Below, one piece after another: positions 13,811 to 31,110 of a stretch of 64,000 nucleotides of DNA. Each line of letters begins with the position of its first letter. Position 1 is the first letter of the stretch. The DNA comes from the human T2T-CHM13v2.0 reference genome, Homo sapiens. Where the stretch lies: NCBI RefSeq assembly GCF_009914755.1, contig NC_060926.1; one strand, written 5' to 3'. Under the pieces are notes generated by a model, which was not told the origin of the DNA, searched no databases, and saw only the letters and a program-made list of their open reading frames with translations. The translations under genes and the position numbers were made by a program.

Positions 13811-14362
13811 CCTTAAGACGGAAATACCGTTTGACCCAGCAATCCCATTATTGGGTATATATTCAAAGGAATAGAAATTGTTCCATTATGAAGACACACG
13901 CACTCATATATTCATTGCAGCACTATTCACACTAGCAAAGACATGGAATCAACCTAAGTGCCCATTTATGATAGACTGGATAAAGAAAATGTGGTACATA
14001 TACCCCATGGAATACTATGCAGCCATAAAAAAGAACTAGATCCTGTTCTTTGGAGGGACATGGATGGAGCGGGAAGCAAACTAATGCAGGAACAGAAAAC
14101 CAAATACCACATGTTCTCACTTATAACTGAGAGCTAAATGATGAGAACACATGGACACATAGAGGGGAACAGTAGACACTGGGGCCTGTCAGAGGGTGGA
14201 GGGTGGGAGAGAACAGAGAGGATCAGGAAAAATAACTAATGGGTACTAGGCTTAATACCTGGGTGATGAAATAATCTGTACAACAAATTCCCATGACACA
14301 AGTTTACCTCTGTAACAAATCTGCATATGTACCCCTGAACTTAAAATAAAAGTTAAAAAAAA
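13811..14362 (+). mobile_element. Older L1PA (about L1PA13-16) 3' end
   Basis: gaaataccgtttgacccagcaatccc...gaggatcaggaaaaataactaatgggtactagg...aataaaagttaaaaaaaa. Confidence 0.9.
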
Positions 14363-15139
14363 CACATCCTTTCTCCTGATTCTGCACACATATGCATACA
14401 AGTGCACACGTGTAAACACCCTATGCACACACACTTTGTAATTGAGCAAATATTTCTCTATAAGGCTTATCATTTATGATACCCACAGAGTTTCAGTAAA
14501 AGTTAATGCCTATGATAATAATCTCATGGAGATGAGCTCCATTTTACATCATTAGCATAGGAATATCAACAGAAAAATCCTGTCTTTGTACAGGTGTACT
14601 TGTTATCCAGCAGTGTGCTATGCCACAATTTATTCCTTCTGAGGACAATATATAAGGCTCAGGGAGTTGTATACAGCCACTAAATTTTACTTAGATGAAT
14701 CCAAGGGGCCCTGCTACTTAACATCTTTGTAAACCAGTGTGAGTTCCTAATGACTCTGAGCTTTAATTGCTACTTTACAAAATTGGGAGAATAGGATTAA
14801 ATAACATCTAGGTGCTTTTGCAGACTCTGAAATCTCTGATTTTAGGATCTGTAAAATCAGATCAGATTAGACCAACCATAGAGTTGGTCTGATTGTAAAC
14901 TCATGTCAATGCCCTTGAAATTAGGTAACAGATTACGTCCAAAACAACCCACTGCAAGAATAAATTAACAGAACTAGAAATAATTTCTAGCAATCTGAGT
15001 GAATTTTTAAAACTGCAATAAGAAGATGACTGTGATTGTATGAGATCTGAAAAAGTTTGTAGTCTTTCAAGGAAAAAATATATAAAAAGTGAAATGTCAT
15101 GCTTATTAGTGTATGATTAATACAAATAAGGTAGTGCTT

Positions 15140-15345
15140 AGAGCACCTCTGTCCAATAGAATATCTGCAATGGAAATAAGGAAATGTTGTATAACTGCAC
15201 CATCCAGTATGGCAGCAGTAGCCAGTATGTGGTCATTAAGAACTTGCAATGTGACTAGTGGGACAAAAGAACTGAGAGTTTTTAATGTTATTTGTTTACT
15301 AAAATAGCCACATGTGGGTGGTGGCTACCTTTCTAGAGAGCACAG
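15140..15345. mobile_element. MER3-like hAT-Charlie MITE
   Basis: ctgtccaatagaa...gtggtcattaagaacttgcaatgtgactagtg...atagcccacatgtgg...gtggctacc. Confidence 0.75.
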
Positions 15346-17086
15346 TTGTGGAGAATGTGGTATGTTCATTGAATTATAAGCTTCTTTAGGGCAGGAAATC
15401 TGTCTTATTTATCTTCGTATGCACTTAGGAAAATCAACAGAGGACATATAGTAGTAGCTCAAGAAATAATTGTTGTGACAATAAAGAACATTCCTTGAAA
15501 AAAATGATCCGTGCTCAAGTATATTTGGAAAACACTACCTCCTGTATCACTTTTTTGGAGATTCATAATGCATATTAACATATATGCTTTGAGATATCGT
15601 CTAACAAATAGAACTACTTTAAGTCTACATCTTTCAAGCTTATTTCATTACAAACTCCTTTGTGTATGTGTGTGTGTTTGTATAAAAGAGAGGAAGAGAG
15701 AAAAGAAGGAAGTGGGGAGACAGATAGGGAGACACAGGGAGAGAAAACATCCCATAGAATACAAGTCTGTAGAACACAGTATGGAAAACAGCTTATTTAT
15801 TGGGAGACTGGTTTGGTTGGTAGATGACATGACCACCTATTAGATGTATGAGCTCATCCCTGTCAGGAGCCTGCATTCTGCTCTCAAATTTAATACAGAT
15901 GAAAAATATTGATGGAATGAAGGGCTTTGGAGCAGAAACCAGAGGGTAAGCATCCAGGTAACTTGGATGTATGATACTTAAAGACTGAGAACCCTCTGTG
16001 GAATTGAGAAAGGAGGCTTGTAATCTGGGACTCCACATGAGGACTCTTCATGAGGTGAGTGATTCTCCATTGAGAAATACTCACTGTTTCTGGATATTGA
16101 ATGCAATGTTTGTCGATATTTTTAAAAGTCTTTTAGGGATCATTTATTTAGAAGTCCTCTGTGTTTCTTTTTGGAAGGACATCAACTTTGAATCTGAATT
16201 TGCTGTTTAAGGTACTAGGACATCCCCCATAAAGACTTTTGAAATTTACATTAAAACAAAATTTAAAAAAGCTTCAAGCCTTTACCCCTAGGTTATCCAT
16301 GATTGAAATTTTGGTTGGAGCTGAATAACGTTTAACGAGAAATTAGAAATGGTTAACGTCTAATTCAAGGAGCAAGAAGAAAAAGATCAACGCTTCTCAT
16401 TTATCTAGCTTTGTGTCTTCTTGCAAGTCAATGCATAGAAGTATGAGTGAGAAGTGGAGCTGTTGGAAACTACCTAGTATAACCCATTTTTTTTTTCCCA
16501 GAGAGTGAAAATACTCAGTTACCTCCTGGTTTATGAGGCAATGAAGTATTCCAGCACATAAATATTGACGCTGAGACCCATGGGATGTAGGAGTGCTGAG
16601 CACATTTGCAAGACATAAAGACCGAAGGTAAATGAAGTTACATCTCTTCCTATAAAATGCAATCTGTCCCTCAATGGATTTTACCATCCTGTTGTTTTTA
16701 TTTCCTCCGTCTTTATAATTGGAGACATTCTGCCGGCCTGTTGAAAACACCACTAGTATTTCTTTCTGAAAGTTAGCCAACCTACTAATTCTCCTTAAAA
16801 TTCTGATTAGGTGTTTGCAGCTAAAATGAACACATCAGAGAAATGACAGAATTTTTGAGCGAAAAACTGAGAACAAGAAAATGACTAAATAAAGGCATTT
16901 AAAAAATAATCTGTAGGAAGAGTATTCTGAAATGAAATACATTTTTTTAAAATGGAAAATATTGTGTTGCTTTTTACTTGCCTTGGAGCAGGAATAATCA
17001 TAATTTTGCATATTGAATACAGCTGCTCTAACATTTACTTAGTTTTTATTCAGATGGATTGGGGCGGGGGAGAGATATCATATTAA

Positions 17087-17402
<316 letters not shown>

Positions 17403-17559
17403 TTATAATTTTCTTTAGAAAGTTGCATAAAACAAGTTCTGGACACAGTGCATTGAATCTCTAGGATTCCTGGGGTAAACATGCATTTCCTGATTAGACC
17501 CTGCTTTTCAACACAAGAATTCCCTGGTGAGCTATGAAGCTTTAGAAATCTTATTTTAC

Positions 17560-17914
<355 letters not shown>

Positions 17915-17949
17915 TTAAGAAAAAAAATCATAATTAATATATTCAATTA

Positions 17950-18390
17950 AGAAACAATTATCTTTGTCCTGATCCATCCCAGGTGTTGTTCTAGGCATTG
18001 AATCCAGCAATGAACATTACAGTTGTAGTCTTTGCTCTGAGAGCTTACATTCTACTATTAGGGAAGAGACAGATAGTGAGCAAATGAAGGGCTGAGTATG
18101 TTTTAGATACTCATGAGTGCTAAAAATAAATGAAGAAGGTGATATGATAAGAACGAAGGTAGTCTAGGAAGGGGCTTCTGGGAATAGAACTTTAGAGCTG
18201 AGACCCAGGATTAGGAAAGATTCTGAGTCAGAGGAAGACAGATTGAAGTAAGAGAAATAATAAGCACAAAGGCCTTAGAGTGGGAGAGTGTGTGCTTTTG
18301 AGAACAGAAAGATGACCAGTCCAATGTGGCTGGAGTAGATAATCCACTCGGAGAGTTGATCCAGATCACTTAGGACCCCACAGACCAGGT
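17950..18390 (-). mobile_element. L2 fragment
   Basis: ttctaggcattg...gagcttacattcta...agcacaaaggcc...gtggctggagt. Confidence 0.6.
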
Positions 18391-18589
18391 AAACACTGCC
18401 ATGACCTCACCGACCTTGTTCTACTTGGCGAAACCACAACTCTGACTTAAATTCCAACTCTGTTTACTCAACCATACCAGCTGACCTCAAATCAAATTCA
18501 TGACATGGATCCTAAACTGGCTTTTAATGCTGCCTGGCAGTCATGGCAGTCATGCTACATTTCTTTAGTCCAATTATTCTCTCATTCCT

Positions 18590-18916
<327 letters not shown>

Positions 18917-19108
18917 TAGCACATCTTCATTCTGAGATTAAGACCTTGCTCTTACTGTACTGGGAAAATTGAACTGAAGCAATCAGAAGAGAACATCTCA
19001 CACTCCATAACTACATCTACTCATCTACCAGCATCTACATGGACATATACTAATTTCTGCATTGTTACTGTGAATGTAGTGTCCACACTCTTATAGAAAA
19101 CCACTCCT

Positions 19109-19449
<341 letters not shown>

Positions 19450-19575
19450 CTAGATGTCAGCTTCTCTCACCTTCTCACGGACTCGCCTATAATTCTTTTT
19501 CTTTCTTAATTTATAATTATTTCCTCTTTACAAGATCATTTCCAATAGTATACAAAAATGCAGATATTTTTCTCA

Positions 19576-19977
<402 letters not shown>

Positions 19978-20343
19978 CTAAAAGACTCATCTATCTGCCT
20001 TTGTTGACTCAATTCCTTTATTTGTAATCTAAAAACCTATACCAGTCAAGCTTTTGTGCTCACCACTCTACCAAACTACTCTTATGAAAGTTGCTAATGA
20101 CCTACGCTGCTAAATCCAATGGCTATTTGTCAGCCTTCATGTTAATCCACAACATCTGGCAGTAGATTACTCCCTTATCTTTATTCCACTTTCTTTTCTT
20201 GGCTTATAGTGTACAAGAATCTTGTTTTTTTCTCTCACCTTATTGATAACTCTTTTTAGTTTTGTTTGCTGAGCCATCCTTTTCTGATTTTTGTTTGTTT
20301 GTTTTCCTGAGGGATTACTTACATACAGCAGAGTGTATATATC

Positions 20344-20644
20344 TTTCTTTTCTGTTTTTTTTGAGACAGAGTCTCACTCTGTCGCCCAGGCTGGAGTGCA
20401 GTGGTGCAATCTCGGCTTACTGCAAGCTCCGCCTCCCGGGTTCATGCCATTCTCCTGCCTCAGCCTCCTGAGTAGCTGGGACTACAGGCGCCCGTCACCA
20501 CGCCGGGCTAATTTTTTTGTATTTTTAGTAGAGACGGGGTTTCACCGTGTTAGCCAGGATGGTCTCGATCTCCTGACCTCGTGATCCACCCGTCTCAGCC
20601 TTCCAAAGTGCTGGGATTACAGGCGTGAGCCACCGCGCCTGGCC
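20344..20644 (-). mobile_element. AluY
   Basis: CpG-rich with AluY diagnostics; TSD a(c/t)agcagagtgtatata. Confidence 0.97.
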
Positions 20645-20649
20645 ATAGC

Positions 20650-21300
20650 AGAGTGTATATAGCTTAAGTATTAAGATGCTACTTATGTAATCACCACCTA
20701 CATTAAGATGTAGAACATTTACAACATTCCGGGTGTCTCTCTCATGTTCCTTCCTAGGCAGTACAAAGTTTACCTGCTATTCTTACCACTGTCATTATGG
20801 CCTAATTTTGCCTGTTCTTGAACACAATACTAAGAGAACAATATAGTATGTGTTCTTCTTTGTCTGATTTCCTTCACTCAACATTATGTCTGTGAGATTT
20901 ATACTTGTTGTTTCATGCATCAATAGTTCTTCCTTGTTCATTGCTGGGTAGTATTCCATTGTTTGAATATATTGTGATTCACATATCCCTTCTACCTACT
21001 GTTGATAGATATTTGTGGATTTTTCTTTTCAATTTTTGGATAATGCAAATAAAAATGCTATAAACATTCTTATAGAAGTCTTTTGTTGAATACAGCATTT
21101 ATTAATGTTGGGTTTTTTTACCTAGGAGTGGAATAGTGGGGTCATAAATTAAATGTATATTCAGGTTTTATAGGTGCTGTCTAACATTTTTCCAAAGTGG
21201 CTGTACTAATGTGTTCTCCTATCAACAATTTAAGAGAGTTCCAATAGTTCCATATGCTCACAAATGTTTGATATTTCTATTCATTTAAATTATAGATATT
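20650..21300 (-). mobile_element. L1ME-type 3' end
   Basis: tcactcaacattatgtctgtgagattt...tacctaggagtggaat...ttccaaagtggctgtac. Confidence 0.75.
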
Positions 21301-21836
21301 TTGATTTTTAATTCCCAAGTACTCCTAGGCTCCTGTCCTATTCTCTATCTAAACTTACTGTTGTGATGATCTCATCTGCCTCATGACTTAAAAACTGTGC
21401 ATGAACATGTAGTTAACTCACAGATTAACATTAAAATCAGTCTGAACTCCAGATGACTGTCTACCTGACATCTCTGCTTGGATGTTAAATAAATGTCAAA
21501 CTTAACATACTCAAAACTCCTAATATTCCTTCCCACATGTGTTCCATCTTCAGCCTTCCCCATTTCAGTTGATTGCCACTCCATTCATCCACTTGCTTGA
21601 GCCAAAAGCTTTGGGAGTATTCTCAATGTTTGTCTTTGGTACGGTGCAAACAATTGCTTAGGAAATATGTTGGATTTACCTTCAAAATATATCCAGATTG
21701 TGTGTATTTCTCAATACCTGCACCTGCTACCACCCCAAACACATCAGCCAGAGTTATCCTCTTTATTCACAAGTCAGATCATATCATTCCTGTTCTCAAC
21801 ATTTTCCTCAAAGTAAAAGCCAAAGTTTTTACAGTG

Positions 21837-22012
21837 AGGTGGGTGTGGTGGCTAGTGCCTATAGTCCCAGCTTCTCAGGAGGCTCAGGCAGGAGGATCAC
21901 TGGAGCCCACGAGTTAGAAGCCGTAGTAAGCTATGATTGAGCATCACTGCACTTCAACCTGGGTGACAGAGCAAGACCCCATCTCCAAGTACCACCACCA
22001 CCAACAAAAAAC
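21837..22012 (+). mobile_element. Alu monomer (FLAM/AluJ-like)
   Basis: Single Alu arm. Confidence 0.85.
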
Positions 22013-22384
22013 AAAGTTGTTATGATGATTTGCCAGGTCCTACATCATCTATCTCTCATTCTCCTTCCCGATTACCTTTCTGCTCTCATGTCCTATGTTG
22101 TTCATGCTCACTCTCATGCCAATCAAGTGACCTTATTGTTTCTTGAACATGCCAAGTATATTCCTCATTAGAGGATTTGCCCTGCTTGGAATGCTTTTTC
22201 TGCATAGCTAACTCCCTCAGTTCCTTCAAATATCAACTTTCCAGTGAGGTTTACTCTAACCATCTTATTTAAAATTTTAACCCCCTCACACACCCACCCA
22301 GATTCCCAATCTCTCTCATTTTGCTTTATTTTTTTTTTTTTTTGCTCATAGAATTTATCGCCTTCTTATATAAATTATATTATA

Positions 22385-22603
22385 GGCTGGGCACGGTGGC
22401 TCACACCTGTAATCCCAGCACTTTGGGAGGCCGAGGTGAGTAGACCACGAGGTCAGTAGATGGAGACCATCCTGGCTAACACAGTGAAAACCCGTCTGTA
22501 TTAAAAATACAAAAAATTAGCCAGGCATGGTGGTGAGCACCTGTAGTCCCAGCTACTGGGAGGCTGAGGCAGGAGAATGGTGTGAACCCGGGAGGCAGAG
22601 CAA

Positions 22604-22606
<3 letters not shown>
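22385..22606 (+). mobile_element. Alu with right-arm internal deletion, followed by (TA)n
   Basis: ggaggcagag joined directly to caagac. Confidence 0.93.
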
Positions 22607-22638
<32 letters not shown>

Positions 22639-23354
22639 AAATATATATATTTATCTTGATTACTGAGTGTTTTGTTATCCCTTTATTCTTGGTCCTGGAA
22701 TCATATTATTTGTTTTATGGGTGAAGAACCTGAATTTTGGAGAGGGTGGATCACTAGCACAGGCTTACATCATTAATAAGATTAGAAACCCAGAGAATGG
22801 CTTAGTTCCAAAGGTTTTGTTCTTAGCCACTATGCTATATTACCTAGATTCTTGTTAACTTTTGTGTCTTGTTTAAGTTTCAACCTGACATTCAATCCAG
22901 AGCTCCTTTGATCTATACACTTAAGGAGCGCTTGTTAAATTTGCCTGAATTTTTATTCCAGATAACACTTCGTTATTCTCCTGGAGATATTGTTTAGCAT
23001 ATGAGAGATTTGCACCCATCATTCACACAACAACACGTTTCTGATTAGTCAGAAATATATGTCCATGATAACCATTATTTTGAACTATAATGGGATCACT
23101 CATTCTTATCTAACAGCTTTCTGATACCCACAGTCTACAGGTAATAGTCTTTTAAGATTATTTTTGAACTTTCCTGGTAAATCAATATTTGTCCCATCCT
23201 GACTTCCATTTTTCCAAAAGGAGTGAACAAGCTTTGGATAGCTGTTTCTAATCTGGCCATGTTCTACGTGGTTTTCATTTTCTTATCACATTTCCCACCC
23301 ACATCCAAATTCATAAGACATACTCCTTTTGCTTGGCTGAGGCTAGAAGGCCAG

Positions 23355-23723
23355 TGTATTAGTCTGTTTTCATGCTACTGATGAAGACATACCTGAGACT
23401 GGGTAATTTATAAAGAAAAAGAGATTTAATGGACTCACAGTTCCACATGGCTGGGGAGGCCTCACAGTCATGGCAGAGGACGAAAAGCACATCTTACATG
23501 GTGGCAGGCAAGAGAAAATGAGAGCCGAGAGAAAATGAGAGCCAAATGAAAAGGGAAACCCTTTATAAAACCATCAGACTTATTCACAAGCACGAGAACA
23601 GTATGGGGGAAGCCACCTCCATAATTCAATTATCTCCCACCAGGTCCCTCCCACAACACATGGTAATTATGGGAGCTACAGTTCAACATGAGATTTGGGT
23701 GGGGACACAGCCAAACTATATCA
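23355..23723 (-). mobile_element. THE1 solo LTR
   Basis: tgtattagtctg...ccaaactatatca; perfect 5-bp TSD gccag. Confidence 0.95.
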
Positions 23724-23876
23724 GCCAGGCTCCTTCAGTGGCATTGAAGTAGCTTGGCATTTGCGTCCAAGTGGATCCAGTGGCTTCATTGTGGCTGGTT
23801 AGTGCTAAGACCAAGCGTGACTAGCTGATGCATTACACTGTGACTTTAGACAATGTAGTGCTTATTTTAGTTTTAA

Positions 23877-24265
<389 letters not shown>

Positions 24266-24740
24266 TCATTTTATTTTATATGTAACTTACCTGATTCTTC
24301 ACAAGTCCATATGTGTAAGTCAGAAATTAAAAGAGAACTGATAATTTAATTTGGTAGTATGGTATATTTTTAATTTACTTCAGAAGTAGGTTGATTATAT
24401 TCTGTAATTCATGGTACATTTAAATGATTAGTTAGTATAGATCCTTATTTATTTTGTTATTATTATTTCTCCTTCTCACTCTCCAACGTATAGGCACTCT
24501 CTCCTGAATTTAAAGTATATACTCCCAGTCCAACTTCCACAATTTGTAATCTCTTAAAAATGTAGAGTAATGTTGGCAAAAGGCTCCTGGCCTCACTGTT
24601 CTATTGAGTTTATTTAATATCATTTCCACCAAGGGTCAAGGCCCAGGGAGAGAGGTCAAGGCACAGCTGCCTCCCTCCCCATCTCTTCCACCAGTCTCTC
24701 TTTTCTTCTTCCCACAGGCCATTGGTTCAGGAAAAGGTAG

Positions 24741-25166
<426 letters not shown>

Positions 25167-25214
25167 GGAGTTGGATTATTTTATTACGACATTTTCCCTC
25201 CCTTCATAAGCCCT

Positions 25215-25670
25215 CTTTTTCATGAGATTATTTGTGGTAAAGTATATGTGACATAAAGTTTAGTATTTCAAATGTTTTCTCATGTACACTTTGGTGGTAT
25301 TAAGTGCATTCACATTGTTGTGCAACCATTACCACTGTCCATCTTGAGAACCATTTCATCATCCCAAACTGAAATTGTGTATTGAAGAAAACACTAGCTC
25401 TCTATGGCCTTTTCCCCCAGCCCCTGATAACCACCATTCTACTTTCTAATTCTATGAATTTGACTATTCCAGGTACCTTGTACAAGTGGAATCATTACAA
25501 TATTTGTGCTTCTGTGTCTGGCTTAATAGCCGCATTTTTTCACAATAGCTGAAAGATATTCATCAACAGATGAATGGAGAAACAAAAATGTGGAATACGC
25601 ACACAATGGAATATTATTCAAAGGGAATTAATTCTGATACATGCTGCGCATGAATGAAACTAGAACACAA
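25215..25670. mobile_element. L1MB/L1M fragments (antisense then sense)
   Basis: cattcacattgttgtgcaaccatt...; catcaacagatgaatgg...acaatggaatattattca. Confidence 0.75.
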
Positions 25671-25907
25671 AGCCTCTACTTTCAAGACCATTGTCTCACC
25701 AAAGGGGTCAAGAAAACCAACTCTGAGACTCAAAGGAGATCAGTGGCCTCATTGTTTACTCTTTCTTTCACCGGGACAAATAAAACTTAATGACTTAAAT
25801 TCAGAGAGTGAAGAAAATCAATATGGTGCATTTTAATATTTATAAAATGTTATTTTTATTGCCTCAATTTAATTCATTAGATAAGCAGAGTTTTAAAATG
25901 GATGCTA

Positions 25908-26435
<528 letters not shown>

Positions 26436-26589
26436 TCATCTCTATTCTATAGTCCTGTAAGATTTCATACTCTATGAAAACAAACTGTGTACCAACTCTA
26501 GGCCCAAAGTAGAGCAGCTGGACCTGGCTGGAGAAAAACATACAACTGTTTGGATTGCTCTTATTTTAAATTCACATTTGTACATCTTA

Positions 26590-27095
26590 AGAGATTGGAA
26601 GCAACCTAAGTGCCTATCAACAGATATCCATTGATAAAGAAAATCTGGTACTTATATACATGATAAAGCACTATTCAGCCATGAAGAATGAGATTCAGTC
26701 ATTTGCAACAACATGGGTGGAACTGGAGGTCATTACGTTAAGTGAAATAAGCCAGGCACAGAACAACAAACATGGTATGTCCTCACTTATTTGTGGGATC
26801 TAAAAATCAAAACAATTGAACCCATGTACATAGAGAGAAGAAGGACGGTTATCAGAGAGATGGGAAAGGTAGTGGAAGGGAGCTGAGGATGGTTAATGGG
26901 TATAAAAAGTGGTTTGAATGAATGAATAAGGCCTAATATTTGATAGCACAACAGAATGACTATAGTCAATAATTTAACTGTATATTTAAAAATAGAAGAT
27001 TATAATTGGATAGTTTGTAACACAAAGGATAAATGCTTGAGGGGACGAATATCCACTTTTCCATGATGGAATTATTACAAAAATAAAAAAAAATA
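26590..27095 (+). mobile_element. L1MA 3' end
   Basis: gattggaagcaacctaagtg...tttgatagcacaacag...cacaaaggataaatgcttgagggg. Confidence 0.88.
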
Positions 27096-27099
27096 ATAA

Positions 27100-28340
27100 T
27101 CAAGGGAGCCCTCAGCAGTGCCTGGCAACCCTTCCTCATGAAAGTGCATCCACTCTCCTGCTCTTCAAGTTATTGTTTCGTACCTTCTCGCTCCTCAAAT
27201 TCCAATCCTCGTCTTCTGCTTATGTCAGCTGTTGCTGTCAGGTCTTTCCTCTGATGATACAATCAGAGGAAACAGAAAAGGACCTGCTCATGCTCTCGCC
27301 TTCTTCCCTTTGTCCGCTCCTGCCTTCCCTGCGGTTGTGGTGCCAGGACTTTTGTCAGTACTTATCTCAAGCAAGTCCATCTCTCTCACCTGCTGAAGGA
27401 TGTTCCTTCTCCAATCCCATCTATAGCATCATTTGTCTTTCTACTCTGCCCACTAGATTACTCCATTCAGGATATAAACATAATATTCATTTTTTTCTAT
27501 TAAAGTTCTTGGACCTTGTGCCCCTTTTTAGCTCCTGCTTTAATATCTGCTTCTTTTCTGGCAAAACTCCCCAAAATAATAATCTTGTTTGCTGTCTCCC
27601 TTTCCTCATATCTATTTCCCCTTTAGCCTACTCTGATTAAGCTCTTAGCTTACCACTTTACTCAAACTGGACTAAAATGACCACCACCTTGACAAATCTA
27701 ATGGTTAACCTTAATCTTCATATCTGATTTGACATGATCAGTCCCTTTTTCTTCTAGTACATTTTTTTTTTCTGATTGGCATGTAGGACATTAGCCTCTG
27801 ATTTTTCTCTTTCCTTGCCTTCTCTTTCCTCCCTGGAAATATTGAGCTGCCTTGGGATTCAGTCCTTGGCCTCTTTATCTACACTCTCACCCAGTACCTC
27901 AGCTTTTATTACAGATTTATGTCCTCTCTGCCACATATATCTGACCACAGCTTGATATTTCTACTTGTAATTCTAATGTGAATCTAGGAATTTACACAAC
28001 TAAAACACATATCTGGATTTTCCTCATCCCCAAATATCCAAACTTGCTTCTCCCCAACCCATCCCCATTTCAGTAAGGGCATCCTCATTCACCCAAGGGC
28101 TCAGGCTACAAATCAAGGTGCTGGCAGTGCCTCTGTGTTTCTTCACTTCTCATCTAATACCTCAATACATCTCATCAGTTCTACCTTGGCAACATATCCT
28201 AGATCAGGTCCTCCTTTATAGAATTCCAGTGCAAGCCATCATTACCCCTCAACTGGAAAACCGCAGTCACCTCCTGCTTCCATTGCTGCTCCCTGTTGCT
28301 TATTCTCTACACAACAACCATATCAATTATTTTAAGGTCA
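27100..28340 (+). mobile_element. L2 fragment
   Basis: Pyrimidine-rich, degenerate L2 ORF2/3' features. Confidence 0.55.
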
Positions 28341-28449
28341 CACATTTAGTTGTTGGAGGCATTCTTTCAGAAACCTCCAACCTCTTGCTGTTGTCTGGAC
28401 CAGTTCCTCCCTAAGCCTGTTGTACAAGTGTCACCTTAAGACTTCCTTA

Positions 28450-29385
28450 TACCATGATCCTTTGAATTCTTTTGATTCCTACATTTAATCCCACATTTTG
28501 GGATTCCATGTCTTTTCCTTATTTCTGTCCTCTATTTTTGCCAAAGCAATTCTTTAGTCACTAGCTGAGAAAAACAGCATGGAAGAGAAATCATGAGACC
28601 TTGCATGCCTGATTATGTCTATATTCTACCTTCTCATATAATTGATATTTGGTTTTATATAAATTCTAGGTTTCTCCCCTAATGTAGAAGGCATTCCTCT
28701 GTTGTCTTCTAGCTTCCAGTATTTTTTTATTGATAAATTTGATCATTCTAACCCCAGATTCTTTGAATGTATCTAGCTTTTTTCTCTTTGAAAACCTTTA
28801 GGATCTTTTCATAATTGTACTTCAGACTTCCACTATAATGTGCCTTATATGACGCTTCTTACATTCACAGTGCAGAGCACTCAGTGGAGTCTTTCAATTC
28901 GGAAAATTGCAACTTTATGCTCTAGAAAATTTTTTGAATGTTTTCTTCCTTAATTATATTTTTCTCCCATTTCTTTGTCCTTTTTTTTTTTTTTTTTTCT
29001 GAAAAGCCTTCTTAATGTGATATTCTACTTTCTGGGTTGAATTCCTAGATTCTGTATTCTTTCTCGCCTATTTTCTCTTTCTCTTTATATTTTCTGTAAG
29101 ATTTCCTCAATATTATCTTTCCATACTTCTATTGATATATTTGTTATCTTACTTTTAATATCCAAGGGCTCTTTCTCTTTCTCCAGTTGTTTTCTTAGGA
29201 TAGCAATTATCCTTGTCCTATTTCATGAATACAATAACTTTTCTTGTCATTTTGAGAATATTAATATTAATATTCTTTACATCATTTGTATTTTTTTATG
29301 TTTTCTTGCCAGAGCGGGACTTCTCATATTTGAGACTAATATACTAATGAAGCTTATTGGAAGCTCTGTGTTCATGGATGAAGTT
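28450..29385 (-). mobile_element. Old L1M fragment
   Basis: gagaccttgcatgcctga...; ttgtcttctagcttccagt; T-rich. Confidence 0.6.
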
Positions 29386-29388
29386 TGT

Positions 29389-30130
<742 letters not shown>

Positions 30131-30240
30131 TCAATTCTTTTATTCACATAGGACTCATATGTAAAAGGCTAGGAGTTGCAGTCTTTGTTGAGATCTTGTC
30201 TCCTACCATGTGGACATTATTTTCCTATATGCTAATGGAA

Positions 30241-30241
<1 letters not shown>

Positions 30242-30288
<47 letters not shown>

Positions 30289-30327
30289 CACTCTCACTTC
30301 TCTGGAGAACCCTGAACCCTGACTAAT
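30242..30327 (+). repeat. (CA)n followed by an MLT2-like terminus
   Basis: CA run, then tctggagaaccctga...ctgactaat. Confidence 0.8.
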
Positions 30328-30585
30328 CCAAAATCTGATGAGTGGAATGGGCAGGATTCAAATTAAGATTTGTTTGACTCCAAAGCCTCTCCTCTGTCCT
30401 TAGTCCTCCTACTGTAAGTAGTGAATCTTTATCAACAATATCCCAAAGAAGTTGACGTTTTCCAATAAGTATGTGTTATTGAGTACCCTAAAAGTGGGTC
30501 AGTTATGTAGTTCTACATTGAATGTTTCTATGCTTTAATTAGCTTAAACAATTAATTTTCTTTGTGTTTTTCTACATTCAGTGTT

Positions 30586-30605
30586 GAGAGAGAGAGAGAG
30601 AGAGT

Positions 30606-30640
<35 letters not shown>
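30586..30640. repeat. (GA)n(GT)n(GA)n microsatellite
   Basis: Directly visible. Confidence 0.95.
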
Positions 30641-30641
<1 letters not shown>

Positions 30642-30669
30642 AACAAAGAGAAGATTCAAACTCAATAAA

Positions 30670-31110
30670 TGGCATCTTGGGGCAAGTTCACTAGACACAA
30701 ACCTTGAGAGGATTCGTGTGCAGGCAATCTATTAAGGAAGTGTTCGCAAGAGTAACCAGTAAGGGAATGAGGAAAGTATGACAAAGGAGAAGCAGTGCTG
30801 CAAATGTGTGATTTCAGATGAAGCCCCAGCCTGCTGGAGCAGGAAGCTCTGAGGTGTAAATTATACTTTACAGTCTGTTCCAACTGGAGGCAAAGGAGCT
30901 AGGTTTTAATCAGTCATTGGCTAAGGGCCACTCCAGAGGGATGTAAATTTCCAGGCACTTCCAGTTGTGTGTGAGCTGTCAAAACGGCTCTCGTAACCAC
31001 AGAGCAATTCTTCGAGAGTCTGTGATACAAACCATTAGAAGAAAAAGACCACACACCTGGGAGAGGGCAATAGAAGGATTTGAGATGATTTGGGCAGAGC
31101 ACAAGCAAAT
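30670..31110 (-). mobile_element. ERVL LTR (LTR16/LTR33-like)
   Basis: gaggattcgtgtgcaggcaatctattaaggaagtg...agtcattggctaagggcc. Confidence 0.55.
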
